Source: a virus (lineage: Duplodnaviria; Caudoviricetes). Taken from it: DNA of 64,000 nt. The notes below the pieces were generated by a model. It was not told the origin of the DNA, did no database searches, and was given only the letters and a program-made list of their open reading frames with translations. Position 1 is the stretch's first letter. Every line of letters starts with the position of its first letter. The translations under genes were made by a program, and so were the position numbers. Shown piece after piece: positions 48,580 through 57,603 of the stretch. The DNA is taken from positions 20,501-84,500 of the IMG/VR virus record IMGVR_UViG_3300020050_015887; one strand, given 5' to 3'.

Positions 48580-48741
48580 TTAATGTCCGATTTTTAATAG
48601 TAGTCCAATAATAACAGGTAAAGACGACATTGCAACAACACTCAACATCATCTGCATTCCATAGCTACCTTTGTTTTCTCTAGCCTTTAGCAACATCTCA
48701 AACATAACAAAGAATACAAATACAGAAACAATTAACATCAT
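48580..48741 (-). CDS. 53-aa two-TM protein (not in ORF track)
   Basis: MMLIVSVFVFFVMFEMLL...LSVVAMSSLPVIIGLLLKIGH; ATGA-coupled. Confidence 0.45.
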   Translation of the reverse strand: MMLIVSVFVFFVMFEMLLKARENKGSYGMQMMLSVVAMSSLPVIIGLLLKIGH

Positions 48742-48923
48742 TTTAAGTATACCCCGCCTAAGTTATACATTACAAAACACATTACACTGTAATGCAATCC
48801 TACTACCAAATTCCACCACAAAAACATAAACAACCAATATGGCATTTCATTGTATGTTTCAACAATGTAGTTAATCCATAATACACTAATAAACAACAAA
48901 AGTAAAACAGAATTGTAGAGCAT
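48738..48923 (-). CDS. Two-TM small membrane protein
   Basis: 61 aa, hydrophobic. Confidence 0.45.
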   Translation of the reverse strand: MLYNSVLLLLFISVLWINYIVETYNEMPYWLFMFLWWNLVVGLHYSVMCFVMYNLGGVYLK

Positions 48924-48997
48924 TAGCTCATTACACCTAACAGTATTACAAAATATGCAATTAATGCCAACACTAAAAAGAAATCTTCTCTATCCAT
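48923..48997 (-). CDS. 24-aa membrane peptide (not in ORF track)
   Basis: MDREDFFLVLALIAYFVILLGVMS; TAATG overlap with next gene. Confidence 0.4.
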   Translation of the reverse strand: MDREDFFLVLALIAYFVILLGVMS

Positions 48998-49005
48998 ATG
49001 TTACC

Positions 49006-49308
49006 TTACAAATCAAAAACTAAAACGGTCCCTACAGCCAATCCAACACCCAGCGCATTAGCTCCCAAGTCTCCCATATCCAGCTTCTCACGGCGTTCTT
49101 GAGCTTGCAAGGCTTCCATAAACAACCCTGTTGCCAGCACAGCTGGGACGACTAGATAGAGTGGGGTCTTTTTCTCTCTAAACAACCCCTTAAAGAAGTA
49201 GTAGCCGCCCATGGTAGCTGCGTAATTTGCTCCTATATGAATTGGAGTTCTGGAATCTCCGTATGAATTATTAGTTAACAACAACAATACAAGCAATAGT
49301 TTCTTCAT
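49006..49308 (-). CDS. Membrane protein (YfiM/VanZ-like)
   Basis: H at start of TM1; E..Q; DLGANALG. Confidence 0.5.
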   Translation of the reverse strand: MKKLLLVLLLLTNNSYGDSRTPIHIGANYAATMGGYYFFKGLFREKKTPLYLVVPAVLATGLFMEALQAQERREKLDMGDLGANALGVGLAVGTVLVFDL

Positions 49309-49329
49309 GTTTTTATATTATCAAGTTTA

Positions 49330-49524
49330 TTATTTGCTGTCAACTTCTTTTAACAACGTTAAAATTAAACTAGAAATTTCATCCATTTCAGATTGTTCTT
49401 TAATGCTACCTCTAGGCGCCAAATATTTTGTACCAAAAGGGTCTACCTTTTTAGCGTACATAAAATATTCACCATCTTTTTCAACAATCAAAAATTTATC
49501 TGTATTAATAAGTGTATTTTCCAT
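49330..49524 (-). CDS. Hypothetical protein
   Basis: 64 aa. Confidence 0.5.
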   Translation of the reverse strand: MENTLINTDKFLIVEKDGEYFMYAKKVDPFGTKYLAPRGSIKEQSEMDEISSLILTLLKEVDSK

Positions 49525-49529
49525 GTTTT

Positions 49530-49718
49530 TTATTTCCTTTTGTTATATTTATCTAGCACGCTACTATACTCGTCTAGCGTCACATACTCGCCAATGTGTT
49601 TAGAAAGTGGTGTCCAAGGCATTTGTAATGTTAACTTTTCATGTATTTTATTATTTAATTCGTAAACTACATAACGAATAAAAAATAAATTAATATCAAT
49701 AACAACAATAGGTTTCAT
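49530..49718 (-). CDS. Hypothetical protein
   Basis: 62 aa. Confidence 0.45.
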   Translation of the reverse strand: MKPIVVIDINLFFIRYVVYELNNKIHEKLTLQMPWTPLSKHIGEYVTLDEYSSVLDKYNKRK

Positions 49719-49891
49719 TAGTTTTGCAATGCCTCTAAATAAGCAACTTCTTGTTCAATTTTAAAGATTAAATTGTCCACAACTTCATGCGTTAACTCAT
49801 CGTTATGTTCAAACGAATAAGCGTCTAGCATTGTAGCAATTTCTTTATAAATTTCAATTGCAATTTGTTCTTTTGTTTCATTGTTTTTCAT
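49718..49891 (-). CDS. Small acidic helical protein
   Basis: ATG 49891 (MKNNETKEQ). Confidence 0.45.
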   Translation of the reverse strand: MKNNETKEQIAIEIYKEIATMLDAYSFEHNDELTHEVVDNLIFKIEQEVAYLEALQN

Positions 49892-50225
49892 TAACAACCC
49901 CTTCAATATACTTAGTAGCTGTTTTATTAACATACCATTGTTCAATAACATTTGACAACTCTTCAAAAGATAAAGCAATATTATAACTAACACTATTCAT
50001 TACAATATAAGGTGTCTCATCTGCCTCAATATCCAATTCGCTAGTTGAAGTGTCAATAACACAATAAACTTCAGTTTGTTTTGTACTAGACCCTGCAACA
50101 TTTTTTGTTGCTCGGTTTTCTTTTACAGCAACAATAAGTTTGGGGTTAATGTATACATAGTTTTCTGTATTAACGTAGTGTGACCAAACCGGCAATTTAA
50201 TTAGTTTGTTTTTTAATGATATCAT
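49878..50225 (-). CDS. C-terminal-tag family protein, FlbD-like body
   Basis: YINPKLIVAV; ends ATKYIEGVVNEKQ. Confidence 0.6.
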   Translation of the reverse strand: MISLKNKLIKLPVWSHYVNTENYVYINPKLIVAVKENRATKNVAGSSTKQTEVYCVIDTSTSELDIEADETPYIVMNSVSYNIALSFEELSNVIEQWYVNKTATKYIEGVVNEKQ

Positions 50226-50482
50226 TTTAATGCTTTTTCAATAACAGTTTCAACAGATTGTTTTAACTTAACACTATTAACATAATTGTAAAATTCTTCA
50301 ACCGTGCAAGTTAACTCTAATTCTTTAACTCCTTGTAATGCATTTAAAAAAATCATACTTTTTGTATTCATTTGCAAAGATTGGTTCGCTCTCCTTACTG
50401 GTTGAACGGTGCTAATCATTGATTCATTAATAATAATAGGAAAATTATAACTTACCATTTCTTTTGTTATATAAATTAGCAT
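50222..50482 (-). CDS. C-terminal-tag family protein, FlbD-like body
   Basis: IINESMISTV..TVEEF; ends VETVIEKALK. Confidence 0.65.
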   Translation of the reverse strand: MLIYITKEMVSYNFPIIINESMISTVQPVRRANQSLQMNTKSMIFLNALQGVKELELTCTVEEFYNYVNSVKLKQSVETVIEKALK

Positions 50483-50485
50483 ATA

Positions 50486-50791
50486 TTATCCAAAAGATTT
50501 ACCACAACCACACATACTTCCTGTGGGATTAGTTAATTCAAACCCTTTACTATTAACCCCGTCTTCATAGTCTAATACAAAACCAAATAACATACTAGCA
50601 GATTTTACATCGGCTACAACTTTAACATCACTGTCTTGGTATAATACCTTATCATTATCGTTTATAACCGTCTCTAATGATAGTTTTGTTTGGAGGCCCT
50701 TGCAACCCCCTCCGGAAACTTGAACGCGCAATATAGAGGCATTTAAAGCCTTTATACGGGCAATGGCGGATTGTGTGGCATTAATCATCAT
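50486..50791 (-). CDS. iscA: IscA/HesB-family Fe-S cluster carrier
   Basis: LRVQVSGGGCKG; CGCGKSF. Confidence 0.9.
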   Translation of the reverse strand: MMINATQSAIARIKALNASILRVQVSGGGCKGLQTKLSLETVINDNDKVLYQDSDVKVVADVKSASMLFGFVLDYEDGVNSKGFELTNPTGSMCGCGKSFG

Positions 50792-51003
50792 AACAAACTT
50801 TCTGGAGAATATTTTAAAACATCAAGATAATTAGAATATGGACAAATATACAAGTCGTTAATTTGTTGTTTTTTATACCAATAACCATCATTGGTTACAC
50901 AAATATAAGCTCCACTTTTACCACAAGATGTTAAAAGCAATATAATTATACCACAAGATAATACCAACCACAACTTAAATATAAATGTAAATAATTTAGT
51001 CAT
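50788..51003 (-). CDS. Small lipoprotein-like protein
   Basis: LLLTSC lipobox. Confidence 0.45.
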   Translation of the reverse strand: MTKLFTFIFKLWLVLSCGIIILLLTSCGKSGAYICVTNDGYWYKKQQINDLYICPYSNYLDVLKYSPESLL

Positions 51004-51163
51004 TCAATGTGCAATCTACGCAAATAATACCTTCTTCAATAATATCGAAAGTTTCACCTTCTTCATTTAAATCATGTTCTTGTCCACAAATAATACAAGC
51101 ATTTTCTTCATCTGGTTTAATGTCTGTTTGAATATGTTCGTACAAGTCTTTGTTATTTTTCAT
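50996..51163 (-). CDS. 55-aa acidic Zn-finger protein (not in ORF track)
   Basis: ACIICGQEH...ICVDC. Confidence 0.55.
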   Translation of the reverse strand: MKNNKDLYEHIQTDIKPDEENACIICGQEHDLNEEGETFDIIEEGIICVDCTLND

Positions 51164-51166
51164 GTT

Positions 51167-51586
51167 TTATTCCTGTTCATACACTTTCTTTTTAAAAATT
51201 TTCTCTAAACAATCTTGTTCTGGTATGTTTGTTGCCATGAAACTTGTTGGACACCCGCTGTCGTCCTTGCTGTCGTCGTGGTCCCAATCCATAACACAAT
51301 GTCCTAATTCATGAAACAACAAAGATGTTTTTTCTAATTCACTAGAATATTCCCAAAAAGACCGTAATATCTCTACTTTACTTTCATAAGGATAACATGT
51401 TCCTACAGTCCAACGTCCTTCTAATTTATCCACTATGTGAATATCGTTAAAAGATTTTACGTTGTATGTGTCCTCAAATAGTTTAACATAAGGCACAATA
51501 TCTGCATCAACTTTTACATCCTCAATGTTGCGAACCTTAGAACAGTGACAACAAGTTAAAAGGAATAAAAAAGCTACATACTTCAT
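51167..51586 (-). CDS. Secreted/lipoprotein Zn-metallopeptidase
   Basis: Signal with Cys; LFHELGHCVMDWDH (HExxHxxxxxH). Confidence 0.7.
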   Translation of the reverse strand: MKYVAFLFLLTCCHCSKVRNIEDVKVDADIVPYVKLFEDTYNVKSFNDIHIVDKLEGRWTVGTCYPYESKVEILRSFWEYSSELEKTSLLFHELGHCVMDWDHDDSKDDSGCPTSFMATNIPEQDCLEKIFKKKVYEQE

Positions 51587-51804
51587 TTTGGGATCTCATC
51601 TCCAAAATCATAGGGGCAATTTCCGTTTACCGGAGCATATACATACGCATCTTTTGTTGTGCAAAAAGAATAAAACTCATCGGCACCGGGTTGGTTTGCC
51701 GTGCATCCAACCAATACAATAAGCAATGCGATTGCAATAGCCCACATAAGTACACCAAAAAAGAATTGTCCTAATGCTAATTTAAAGCCGTCCGATACTT
51801 TCAT
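51583..51804 (-). CDS. Small lipoprotein
   Basis: IVLVGC lipobox. Confidence 0.5.
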   Translation of the reverse strand: MKVSDGFKLALGQFFFGVLMWAIAIALLIVLVGCTANQPGADEFYSFCTTKDAYVYAPVNGNCPYDFGDEIPK

Positions 51805-51826
51805 TTTTCTCCCCTTGTATATAATA

Positions 51827-51855
51827 ACAGTATCACAAATAATTTATTAAGTCAA
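51827..51855 (-). promoter_or_regulatory. sigma70 promoter
   Basis: TTGACT-17-TACTGT with TG extension; GGGGAG SD downstream. Confidence 0.5.
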
Positions 51856-52050
51856 CACCTTTTCAATATTTTTATTTACTACGTCTACAATATACAGTTT
51901 AAAAATGTCTTTTGTATAATATCCCATATAAAGATGATCAACCAAACGCACACCATCTAAATAACTATCATTAACTGTATATATTTTACCGGGCACAAGT
52001 TTACGAAAATGCTCCGCTACTGTAACCCTATCACCCGGCCTAAACATCAT
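51847..52050 (-). CDS. C-terminal-tag family protein, SH3-like body
   Basis: FRPGDRV..LVPGKIYTV; ends VNKNIEKVLT. Confidence 0.7.
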   Translation of the reverse strand: MMFRPGDRVTVAEHFRKLVPGKIYTVNDSYLDGVRLVDHLYMGYYTKDIFKLYIVDVVNKNIEKVLT

Positions 52051-52232
52051 TTACCACCTTTAACTAAGGTTAGTTTAGGGCGTTGTTCCACTTTAATTGT
52101 AAACAACTCATCCATAATACGGTCAATGCGTTCTTCTAAAGCGTCCAACAATGGATCTTCTTCAGGCAACACATCAACTAGTTCCTGCATTAATGCTATT
52201 TCGTATTCAATTAATTCAAGCTCAGTTTTCAT
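52047..52232 (-). CDS. Small acidic coiled-coil protein
   Basis: ATG 52232 (MKTELELIE). Confidence 0.5.
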   Translation of the reverse strand: MKTELELIEYEIALMQELVDVLPEEDPLLDALEERIDRIMDELFTIKVEQRPKLTLVKGGK

Positions 52233-52249
52233 AATTGCTCCTACTAATA

Positions 52250-52504
52250 TTAATATCCTTTTAAAATTTGTTTTACGGCATTCAAAAACTCGTCTTGTTG
52301 TTCTGGTAAAGAAAAATCCCAATCTTTGCTCACGCCGTTAATCTTATAATGTGCCGTTACAAACTGTTGCTCCGTTGGGTTTGCAACACACGTATAAAAT
52401 TCACAAGAAACACCTTTAGGCGTGGTAAAGTTAAGCCAACCCTTACCATGTTTAAGTGTAAACCTTGTTTTTTTAACTGCTTTTTTTAATTCTTTAAGCC
52501 ACAT
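52250..52504 (-). CDS. Hypothetical early protein
   Basis: 84 aa. Confidence 0.55.
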   Translation of the reverse strand: MWLKELKKAVKKTRFTLKHGKGWLNFTTPKGVSCEFYTCVANPTEQQFVTAHYKINGVSKDWDFSLPEQQDEFLNAVKQILKGY

Positions 52505-52513
52505 ATGTTTATA

Positions 52514-52912
52514 TTATCCCAATGGTTTAAGTTTGGCAATACGCAATGCGGCACGACGTTCTCTAGCCAAGCGGTTACGGCGTTCATTTTTCATAAGCAA
52601 ATGTTTTTTATCGTTTTCACGCTGTTTATCTTGAGCAACAAATACTTGTTCAAGAGTTTCAAATTTATCTAAACTATCAACAAAAGAAACAACTTCGTTA
52701 ACTTCAATGTTTAATTCACGCAATTTGCGTTTTACATCGCGTTGATGTCTTGCCGTTGTATTAGAATATGAATAATTATTAAATACAAGAATACCGTCAA
52801 ACTCTTTTAAAAAAACCCACCAATCATAAGATGTTGCGGTTTTATTTACAACATCGAGAGTTACACGATTAGAGCTATTAGTCCAAACTTTAGCGCGTTT
52901 TTTGTATTGCAT
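52514..52912 (-). CDS. Conserved-looking phage early protein
   Basis: SY...YSNTTARHQ motif; GAGG SD. Confidence 0.6.
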   Translation of the reverse strand: MQYKKRAKVWTNSSNRVTLDVVNKTATSYDWWVFLKEFDGILVFNNYSYSNTTARHQRDVKRKLRELNIEVNEVVSFVDSLDKFETLEQVFVAQDKQRENDKKHLLMKNERRNRLARERRAALRIAKLKPLG

Positions 52913-52960
52913 AACTATCCTCTATAAATATAATAACAGATATATTAACAGTGTCAATTA

Positions 52961-53188
52961 TTATTTTTTATCGACCACATTTATCATTTTGCCGAGGGTT
53001 ACCGTTTTAAAACCATATGCATATGTGTATTCTTGGCCGCTTCTTAATGCTGCATCAAGCGAATCAAAGTGCCGTGGCGATAGATAAACGTGTCTGCTGG
53101 CATAATCAACTGCCGCACTAATATTATCGAACGTTTGAGCAGCTGAATTTTCTATCTGTACTGTGTATATTGGTAAAGTGTGTTTCAT
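52961..53188 (-). CDS. Hypothetical early protein
   Basis: ATG 53188 after GGGG SD. Confidence 0.5.
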   Translation of the reverse strand: MKHTLPIYTVQIENSAAQTFDNISAAVDYASRHVYLSPRHFDSLDAALRSGQEYTYAYGFKTVTLGKMINVVDKK

Positions 53189-53451
53189 ATTTATTTCCCC
53201 TTCGCTTTGGCGATTGTTAATTCGGTGTCGTGCCCAATCCAATTAAAAAATATACACTCATTTTTGCCCCCAATTAGAATAGCAGATATAATAGCATCGT
53301 CAACTATTATTTTTTAACTAATACAAATTCGAGTAGGTCCCCTTTTTATTTTACTTTTACAATATAATGTTTCTTAAAAGTTAGCATAGGAAACGGGTTT
53401 AGATGAAGCACACCCGATTAATAATAGAACGACCGCGATATAATACATAAG

Positions 53452-53724
53452 CTATAGATCTAAAATTTCCAATTTAATTTTATATGTGTAAACCGTTAAT
53501 TTATTTGTTTCAATTTGTTGCAATATCTCCGGTAAAAGCAAACGTTTATCTCCATAAAACGAAAAATCTTTATTCGGAGTTTGCTTATCAACCCAAATAT
53601 CAACAAAAGACCCTGTCGTTTTAAACCCAATTAATTTACATCCGTTAATATTAAACGCTTTTGTTAAATCATTTTCTGGAACAATAAAAGATAAATTGTA
53701 ATACATATTAATAAGCATCCTCAT
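53452..53724 (-). CDS. Hypothetical early protein
   Basis: 90 aa, ATGA overlap. Confidence 0.5.
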   Translation of the reverse strand: MRMLINMYYNLSFIVPENDLTKAFNINGCKLIGFKTTGSFVDIWVDKQTPNKDFSFYGDKRLLLPEILQQIETNKLTVYTYKIKLEILDL

Positions 53725-54002
53725 TTAAAGTTTGGTGTAACGTGGTATTTAACGATTAACACGTATTCGATAGCCGCATATAGAGCGTCGTCCTTAATAT
53801 TAGGACTAATCGTCGTACCACTATACATGCTAATTAAACTATCCTTTAATTCATCGAATAATGTATTTATATCCCGCAATTCAGAGCTATGTTTAAGCTC
53901 TAGTGAACACTCTACGAATTCGATATATTCGCCCATATGTTTAATTTCCTTTTTCAAAAGTTTGAATTTCGATAATGCGGTATGGTCCGTGTTCGTAAAC
54001 AA
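53721..54002 (-). CDS. Hypothetical early protein
   Basis: 93 aa, helical. Confidence 0.5.
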   Translation of the reverse strand: MFTNTDHTALSKFKLLKKEIKHMGEYIEFVECSLELKHSSELRDINTLFDELKDSLISMYSGTTISPNIKDDALYAAIEYVLIVKYHVTPNFK

Positions 54003-54017
54003 TTCGTTTGTTCATAT

Positions 54018-54293
54018 TTATTTCCCGCCTTTGATTCGAATCGAAACATAATGATGTAGTTCTTCATGGTGCGCGTCGTTAATCGTTAACGCTTTGTCCG
54101 CCTCATTTACCACTGACGAAACGTCGTATTCTTCGGCAGCTTGATCCAATGCATCTTCTAATGCTTCATGTTCCGAATTCCCGATGCCGGTATATACGTC
54201 GTCAAACCTAGTGAAAGAAACGCCGCATCCTTGGAAATATTGTTCATGTTCAATACCGTGATTAACAGTTTCGAATTCTGCTATGCGTTTCAT
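54018..54293 (-). CDS. Acidic hypothetical early protein
   Basis: ATG 54293 after GAGG. Confidence 0.55.
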   Translation of the reverse strand: MKRIAEFETVNHGIEHEQYFQGCGVSFTRFDDVYTGIGNSEHEALEDALDQAAEEYDVSSVVNEADKALTINDAHHEELHHYVSIRIKGGK

Positions 54294-54389
54294 AAGTACC
54301 TCTATAATTAATATACTAAATATAACCCAATAGGTCAAACTTTATTTAAAGGTCCGCCGCAATCGTCGCACACCCAATACCCATCATAG

Positions 54390-54755
54390 TTAATCACTCC
54401 ATGTGTGCGTTGTATCGCCAATGTTGACAAACTCATACTTAGACCAATAGCCGCTAATACTTTCACCCTTTTTTACCAAATAGCCGTTACGTACTGTTGC
54501 ACGGGCCACAACAGATTTTTCAACAATGCCACTAGATCCTAATAGCGTTACAACACTTGACGCACAATTAGGGCTTGGATCACCGCTAATTTGAGCATGG
54601 GCTAACAACACGTCTTTACCGTCAAAACCTACAATCTCATAATAGTTTACCCGTTGCATTGTAGCACCCCAAACGTTCTTTACAAACGCGCCGGGAACAA
54701 GCTTAGAGTTTAGGTATTCTTTTCGTTTAGCGTTTTGTTCTTTTTTCGTGAGCAT
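54390..54755 (-). CDS. Hypothetical early protein
   Basis: 121 aa, GAGG SD. Confidence 0.55.
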   Translation of the reverse strand: MLTKKEQNAKRKEYLNSKLVPGAFVKNVWGATMQRVNYYEIVGFDGKDVLLAHAQISGDPSPNCASSVVTLLGSSGIVEKSVVARATVRNGYLVKKGESISGYWSKYEFVNIGDTTHTWSD

Positions 54756-54774
54756 TGTTTACCTCTATATTATT

Positions 54775-55005
54775 TTATTTTAAACCTTTTGCTTTATTAA
54801 TTAATTGTAGCAAACCCGATTTATCATGTAAACCGTTTTCGTAAATACTCTCTAACATTTCTAATAATTCAGGCGAGGCGGCTATTAAACAAGCTTCATT
54901 GTCGCTTACAGTGGCAATTAATTCCCGTCCCCGTCCCAAAATATTACATTCCGTCTCGTCTCCAATGGGTTGGCATGTCCAAGGACCTGGTATGTGTTTA
55001 TTCAT
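54775..55005 (-). CDS. HTPGPW-like small early protein
   Basis: HIPGPW...LIAASPELL; AGGAG SD; TTGACC-16-TATATT promoter at 55025-55052. Confidence 0.65.
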   Translation of the reverse strand: MNKHIPGPWTCQPIGDETECNILGRGRELIATVSDNEACLIAASPELLEMLESIYENGLHDKSGLLQLINKAKGLK

Positions 55006-55166
55006 AAATAATACTCCTATATTCAATATACCAGTTTAAAACTTTAGGTCAACACCTATATTATCGTTTGAGTACAAACTCATTATGTTTAAATGTAACA
55101 AAACCCATTGACTAAACTTTATTTATGTGTTAATATAATATACAGCTGTATTTTTAACATTTAGGT

Positions 55167-55394
55167 ATGAGTATGTATAACCATAAAGAAGAAAAAGAAA
55201 AGGTATACGCTGAATATAACCCTGAATTAATACCTTTACTTAATAACGTTTATAACATTGCTGTAAAACAAAACGATATAGGTGTTCAAAACCTCTGTAA
55301 AAAGTGTTCTAAACTCATTGCCACTCAAGGTTACATCTCAACTAATAAAGTTAATAAATTAATAAAACTCGCGGCTAATAGCTATAAAGCTTAA
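55167..55394 (+). CDS. Hypothetical protein
   Basis: 75 aa, divergent from the early operon. Confidence 0.5.
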   Translation: MSMYNHKEEKEKVYAEYNPELIPLLNNVYNIAVKQNDIGVQNLCKKCSKLIATQGYISTNKVNKLIKLAANSYKA

Positions 55395-55743
55395 CATCTT
55401 TATATCAAACGCTGTAAAACATATCTGGCGGCCTAAACCCATAGACTGAAAGCCCCTAGATCGTGAGAAGAGTAACCAAACTCTTAACGCGTTACAAGAC
55501 AACGATACCTTGTATCATAGCTCTCCCTAATCAAACTCTCTAATATATAGGCCCACCCTATATACTAAGGGTGATTTTTGTCTAAAAAACCTCTAGAAAT
55601 TAAATAAGTATACAACTGAATAAGATATAAACAACAATAATACAATAAAATTAATGTTAATAATATTAATTGTTTATAAATGAATTGATTAATCTTAACA
55701 ATATCATGTAGATAAGATAGATGGATATATGTGGAGTTAGGCC

Positions 55744-55759
55744 GGCAACACTCATACCA
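55744..55759 (-). promoter_or_regulatory. sigma54-type -24/-12 motif
   Basis: TGGTAT-GAGTG-TTGCC. Confidence 0.55.
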
Positions 55760-55776
55760 ATTCAATTAACCTATCA

Positions 55777-55789
55777 TATCAAATACTTG
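55777..55789 (+). promoter_or_regulatory. IHF-consensus site
   Basis: TATCAA-ATAC-TTG (WATCAANNNNTTR), about -45 to -55 from the adjacent sigma54 motif. Confidence 0.35.
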
Positions 55790-55983
55790 CCCTAATCTAA
55801 CAAATAACTTAACATCGAGCATGTAACGTAAGTGAAATGCGAGATAACTCAAGTATATTAAGCAATTATCAGAGTAGTTTGTTTTATAAATAGCTCTAGG
55901 ATAGATCCGTCTTCACGATCCTTCAGAATACCATAATTTTTGTATTGTTGTCAAGTAATTTATTTTATCAATTACTAGAATAT

Positions 55984-55999
55984 TGGTATAGATCTTGCA
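55984..55999 (+). promoter_or_regulatory. sigma54-type -24/-12 motif
   Basis: TGGTAT-AGATC-TTGCA. Confidence 0.55.
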
Positions 56000-56165
56000 A
56001 AGAGAATATACAAAGAGATCTTAAAGAAATAAAGATCTAAATAAAACAACAAATCTTCAGTATAGCATATTTATTAATAATAAGTCAAGTTAATATTTCT
56101 TAACTAATGGGTTAATAAAATAGGACAACATGTTTAATATATCTTAAACAAGCTGCCCTATTATT

Positions 56166-56181
56166 TGGCACAAGATTTGCA
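56166..56181 (+). promoter_or_regulatory. sigma54-type -24/-12 motif (full consensus)
   Basis: TGGCAC-AAGAT-TTGCA. Confidence 0.65.
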
Positions 56182-56500
56182 GAGAGGGATAATTTTACGG
56201 GCTATGGATATACAGGTATAATAGCATTAATACGCAAACCTTGTTCCTTACACTTACGCCTAATGCTACTCATTCCTTTTAGGGTTGAGGTTACTTTACC
56301 AGTAGCAACATACCACTTACCGTCACGCTGAATCATCTTACTATAATGTACAATATACATTTATCCTACCTCATCATCCGTTAAAGACTTAATAAACTTT
56401 TCAGCTTTATCTTTAGTGTTAAAGGTATCTAATACAATACCTTTATGTAACACTTGGAATATATACCCTACTTGGGTGTATACAGGTCTAATGCTATACA

Positions 56501-56734
56501 TTAATCTACCCATTCTTTATCAATTTCGATTGTTTGAGTTTGATTAGACAAACTGTCAATAGCATCCTCATCTAAATACTTGGCACCATTCTTGCAAAAC
56601 GATGCGACGTATTCGCCTTCTGTATTATGATATACAGTGCAACTAGGCTCTTCTGCTAAGGCTGCAACACTCATTAACATGCTGATAAACATTGCAACTA
56701 GGGTAAAGGTTAATAACTTTTCTTCTCTATTCAT
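56501..56734 (-). CDS. Small secreted acidic protein
   Basis: Signal peptide ending AALA; GAGGA SD. Confidence 0.55.
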   Translation of the reverse strand: MNREEKLLTFTLVAMFISMLMSVAALAEEPSCTVYHNTEGEYVASFCKNGAKYLDEDAIDSLSNQTQTIEIDKEWVD

Positions 56735-56823
56735 ATGATCCTCTATATCTATATTATAACAATCTAAGGATTAAAGCAACACCAATCACCAACAATAAAT
56801 AATAATAGTTGTTCATGCTTGCC

Positions 56824-57204
56824 CTATAGTGTGATAAAGTACAGCCCGTCAACCTTGCTGTAGTTCTTCTCGGGTTGTTTATCCGTTGGGGTCCACTTAC
56901 CAACAGACTTAATAGATCCGTCTTTAAATACCAATTCAGCATGTCCGTCTGAATGTACTCTTAGATAGCACTCTTGATCAAACGTATCTGCCAATAGCTT
57001 GATCACGCTATTATAAGTGTTCTCTGCAACAATATACAGAGAGACTTCAGTTGATCCCTCATAGTTGCCCTCTACTAATTTAAAAGGCAGCTTATGCTTG
57101 TTAAGCAGCTGAATTAGTTCTTCAGTGCGGTGAAAATTCTCTCGCACACTAAGGGTGCTAAGTTCTGCACTTAATACAAAAGCTTGTTTTGTCACATTGA
57201 ACAT
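56824..57204 (-). CDS. SAM lyase (T3 SAMase-like) anti-restriction protein
   Basis: VLSAELS.L....N..R; GNYEGSTE.S; LADTFDQECYL; AELV; VGKW match the T3 SAMase motif order as recalled. Confidence 0.75.
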   Translation of the reverse strand: MFNVTKQAFVLSAELSTLSVRENFHRTEELIQLLNKHKLPFKLVEGNYEGSTEVSLYIVAENTYNSVIKLLADTFDQECYLRVHSDGHAELVFKDGSIKSVGKWTPTDKQPEKNYSKVDGLYFITL

Positions 57205-57314
57205 TGTTAACTCCTATAGCTATAATAGCACATGCTATATTAATTGCAACTATTATTTAAACTCTCTATAATGCCCTACAAACGTTCTTTGAATGTTAAC
57301 CTATAGGATGCTAT

Positions 57315-57575
57315 TCAATCCCATTGGATCTCGAAATAAGAGCCATCCTCAAGGCTACCATAGCCGATATAATGTTTACCGTCTGATACAGCCTTGCAAA
57401 CGTCGCTATATACCTTAGCACCATCTACTAGTGTTGTACATAATACCTTGAACCCATCATAGTCGTATAAGTCTGAATGCTCGCATCCCTCTACATCCGT
57501 ATACGCATGTACGAATGTCTTAAATTCCACTAGGCTATAATCTACTCCGAATACTTTATTATCTAGGATTTGCAT
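57315..57575 (-). CDS. Acidic hypothetical early protein
   Basis: GAGG SD; TTGCTA-17-TATATT promoter at 57595-57623. Confidence 0.55.
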   Translation of the reverse strand: MQILDNKVFGVDYSLVEFKTFVHAYTDVEGCEHSDLYDYDGFKVLCTTLVDGAKVYSDVCKAVSDGKHYIGYGSLEDGSYFEIQWD

Positions 57576-57603
57576 TGAATACCTCTCAATTATTAATATA
57601 CCA

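Noticed and set aside
55167-55394. ISTNKVNKLIK as a tag
   Set aside because: First hydrophobic position is off by one and eight residues follow; not counted.
55565-55765. 66-aa hydrophobic ORF (and 56754-56942)
   Set aside because: Non-ATG or SD-less starts, low-complexity AT-rich sequence, overlapping regulatory motifs or the SAM-lyase gene.
55990-56038. Three closely spaced AGATCT hexamers as an operator or origin iteron set
   Set aside because: Short, irregularly spaced and partly inside a sigma54 motif; insufficient support.
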